Shown here: piece after piece, positions 4,738 through 5,059 of the stretch | Layout: every line of letters starts with the position of its first letter | How positions within the stretch are numbered: position 1 is the stretch's first letter | Origin: a virus | IMG/VR virus record: IMGVR_UViG_3300045988_000356 | Location: 1 to 5,059 of that record | Direction: 5' to 3' (one strand) | Length of the DNA: 5,059 nt | Program-made: the position numbers and the translations under genes | Notes under the pieces: generated by a model | What the model saw: the letters and a program-made list of their open reading frames with translations, nothing else | What the model was told of the DNA's origin: nothing | The model's database searches: none

Positions 4738-4977
4738 ATGTCTAATAAAACTACTATGATTCTAACCTTCATTGTCACTGTCGTCGTCCCGTTCATCCAA
4801 GAGGTTGTGGATCTTATTGAAGCCTTGAAAGGTAATGCTTTTTCGAACACTGTTGCTGCTAAAAAAGTTGCTTCGGACTTTCAAGCTGATGTTGCTCAAC
4901 TTGTTGAGCCGGTTTCTAATAAGAACGATTCTAAAAAAACTGGCCGTTTTTTCGGTTCTTGGAGGGACGCTAAATGA
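4738..4977 (+). CDS. Hypothetical small membrane protein (79 aa) with an N-terminal hydrophobic helix
   Basis: ATG 4738 is preceded by AAGGAG at 4721..4726. The protein starts MSNKTTMILTFIVTVVVPFIQEVV..., an uncharged segment of about 14-16 residues containing a Pro, followed by a polar, charged tail. Stop TGA at 4975..4977 overlaps the ATG of the Arg-rich ORF as ATGA. The track's TTG 4717 start lies inside VP2 and is less likely. It crosses the genome junction at 4932/1. Confidence 0.62.
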   Translation: MSNKTTMILTFIVTVVVPFIQEVVDLIEALKGNAFSNTVAAKKVASDFQADVAQLVEPVSNKNDSKKTGRFFGSWRDAK

Positions 4978-5059
4978 AACGTCGAAAATTATCTAAGCGT
5001 GGTTCTCGCCGTCTTTTTCGGCGCACCTCCAAATCTCGTCGGAGAAATTTCAAAAGAGT
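4933..5059. repeat. Terminal direct repeat copy 2 (identical to 1..127)
   Basis: See copy 1; identity is exact over 127 nt. Confidence 0.97.
4974..5059 (+). CDS. Second, truncated copy of the Arg-rich 36-aa ORF (redundant with 42..127)
   Basis: Identical sequence to 42..127, cut off by the window end. It is an artefact of the terminal redundancy. Confidence 0.8.
   Translation, partial: MKRRKLSKRGSRRLFRRTSKSRRRNFKR

Noticed and set aside
1-5059. tRNA, rRNA, CRISPR array, integrase or transposase
   Set aside because: There are no spaced direct repeats, no cloverleaf-like segments in the short intergenic regions, and no ORF with recombinase-like motifs. The coding capacity is fully accounted for by the microvirus gene set plus two small orphans.

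Overview
The window is one complete, circularly permuted genome of a small ssDNA phage (Microviridae, Gokushovirinae-like). The first 127 nt (1..127) are base-for-base identical to the last 127 nt (4933..5059), so the unit genome is 4,932 nt and the duplication is most simply a circular-contig assembly overlap. All credible genes are on the + strand, as expected for this family. In window order they are: a 36-aa Arg-rich DNA-binding (VP8/J-like) ORF absent from the ORF track (42..152), the replication initiator VP4 (195..1106), an 80-aa orphan ORF (1137..1376), VP5-like (1345..1635), scaffold VP3 (1743..2225), major capsid VP1 (2349..3977, probable TTG start), pilot/minor capsid VP2 (3990..4730), and a 79-aa orphan ORF with an N-terminal hydrophobic helix (4738..4977) that runs across the genome junction. 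Protein assignments rest on motifs I recognise by eye and from memory; no searches were run. Beyond the genes, I see three promoter-like sites with the same architecture (TTGACA, 17-nt spacer, TGn extended -10). There is an intrinsic-terminator-like hairpin after VP5 that sits inside the leader of the third promoter. A 49-nt near-perfect stem-loop after VP3 has an apex reading ACTTGAT, the heptamer spanning the phiX174 gene A nick site. The most interesting open questions are the origin candidate, the two orphan ORFs (one a possible lysis or membrane protein) and the promoter/terminator layout. Minus-strand and +1-frame ORFs in the track look like compositional artefacts.
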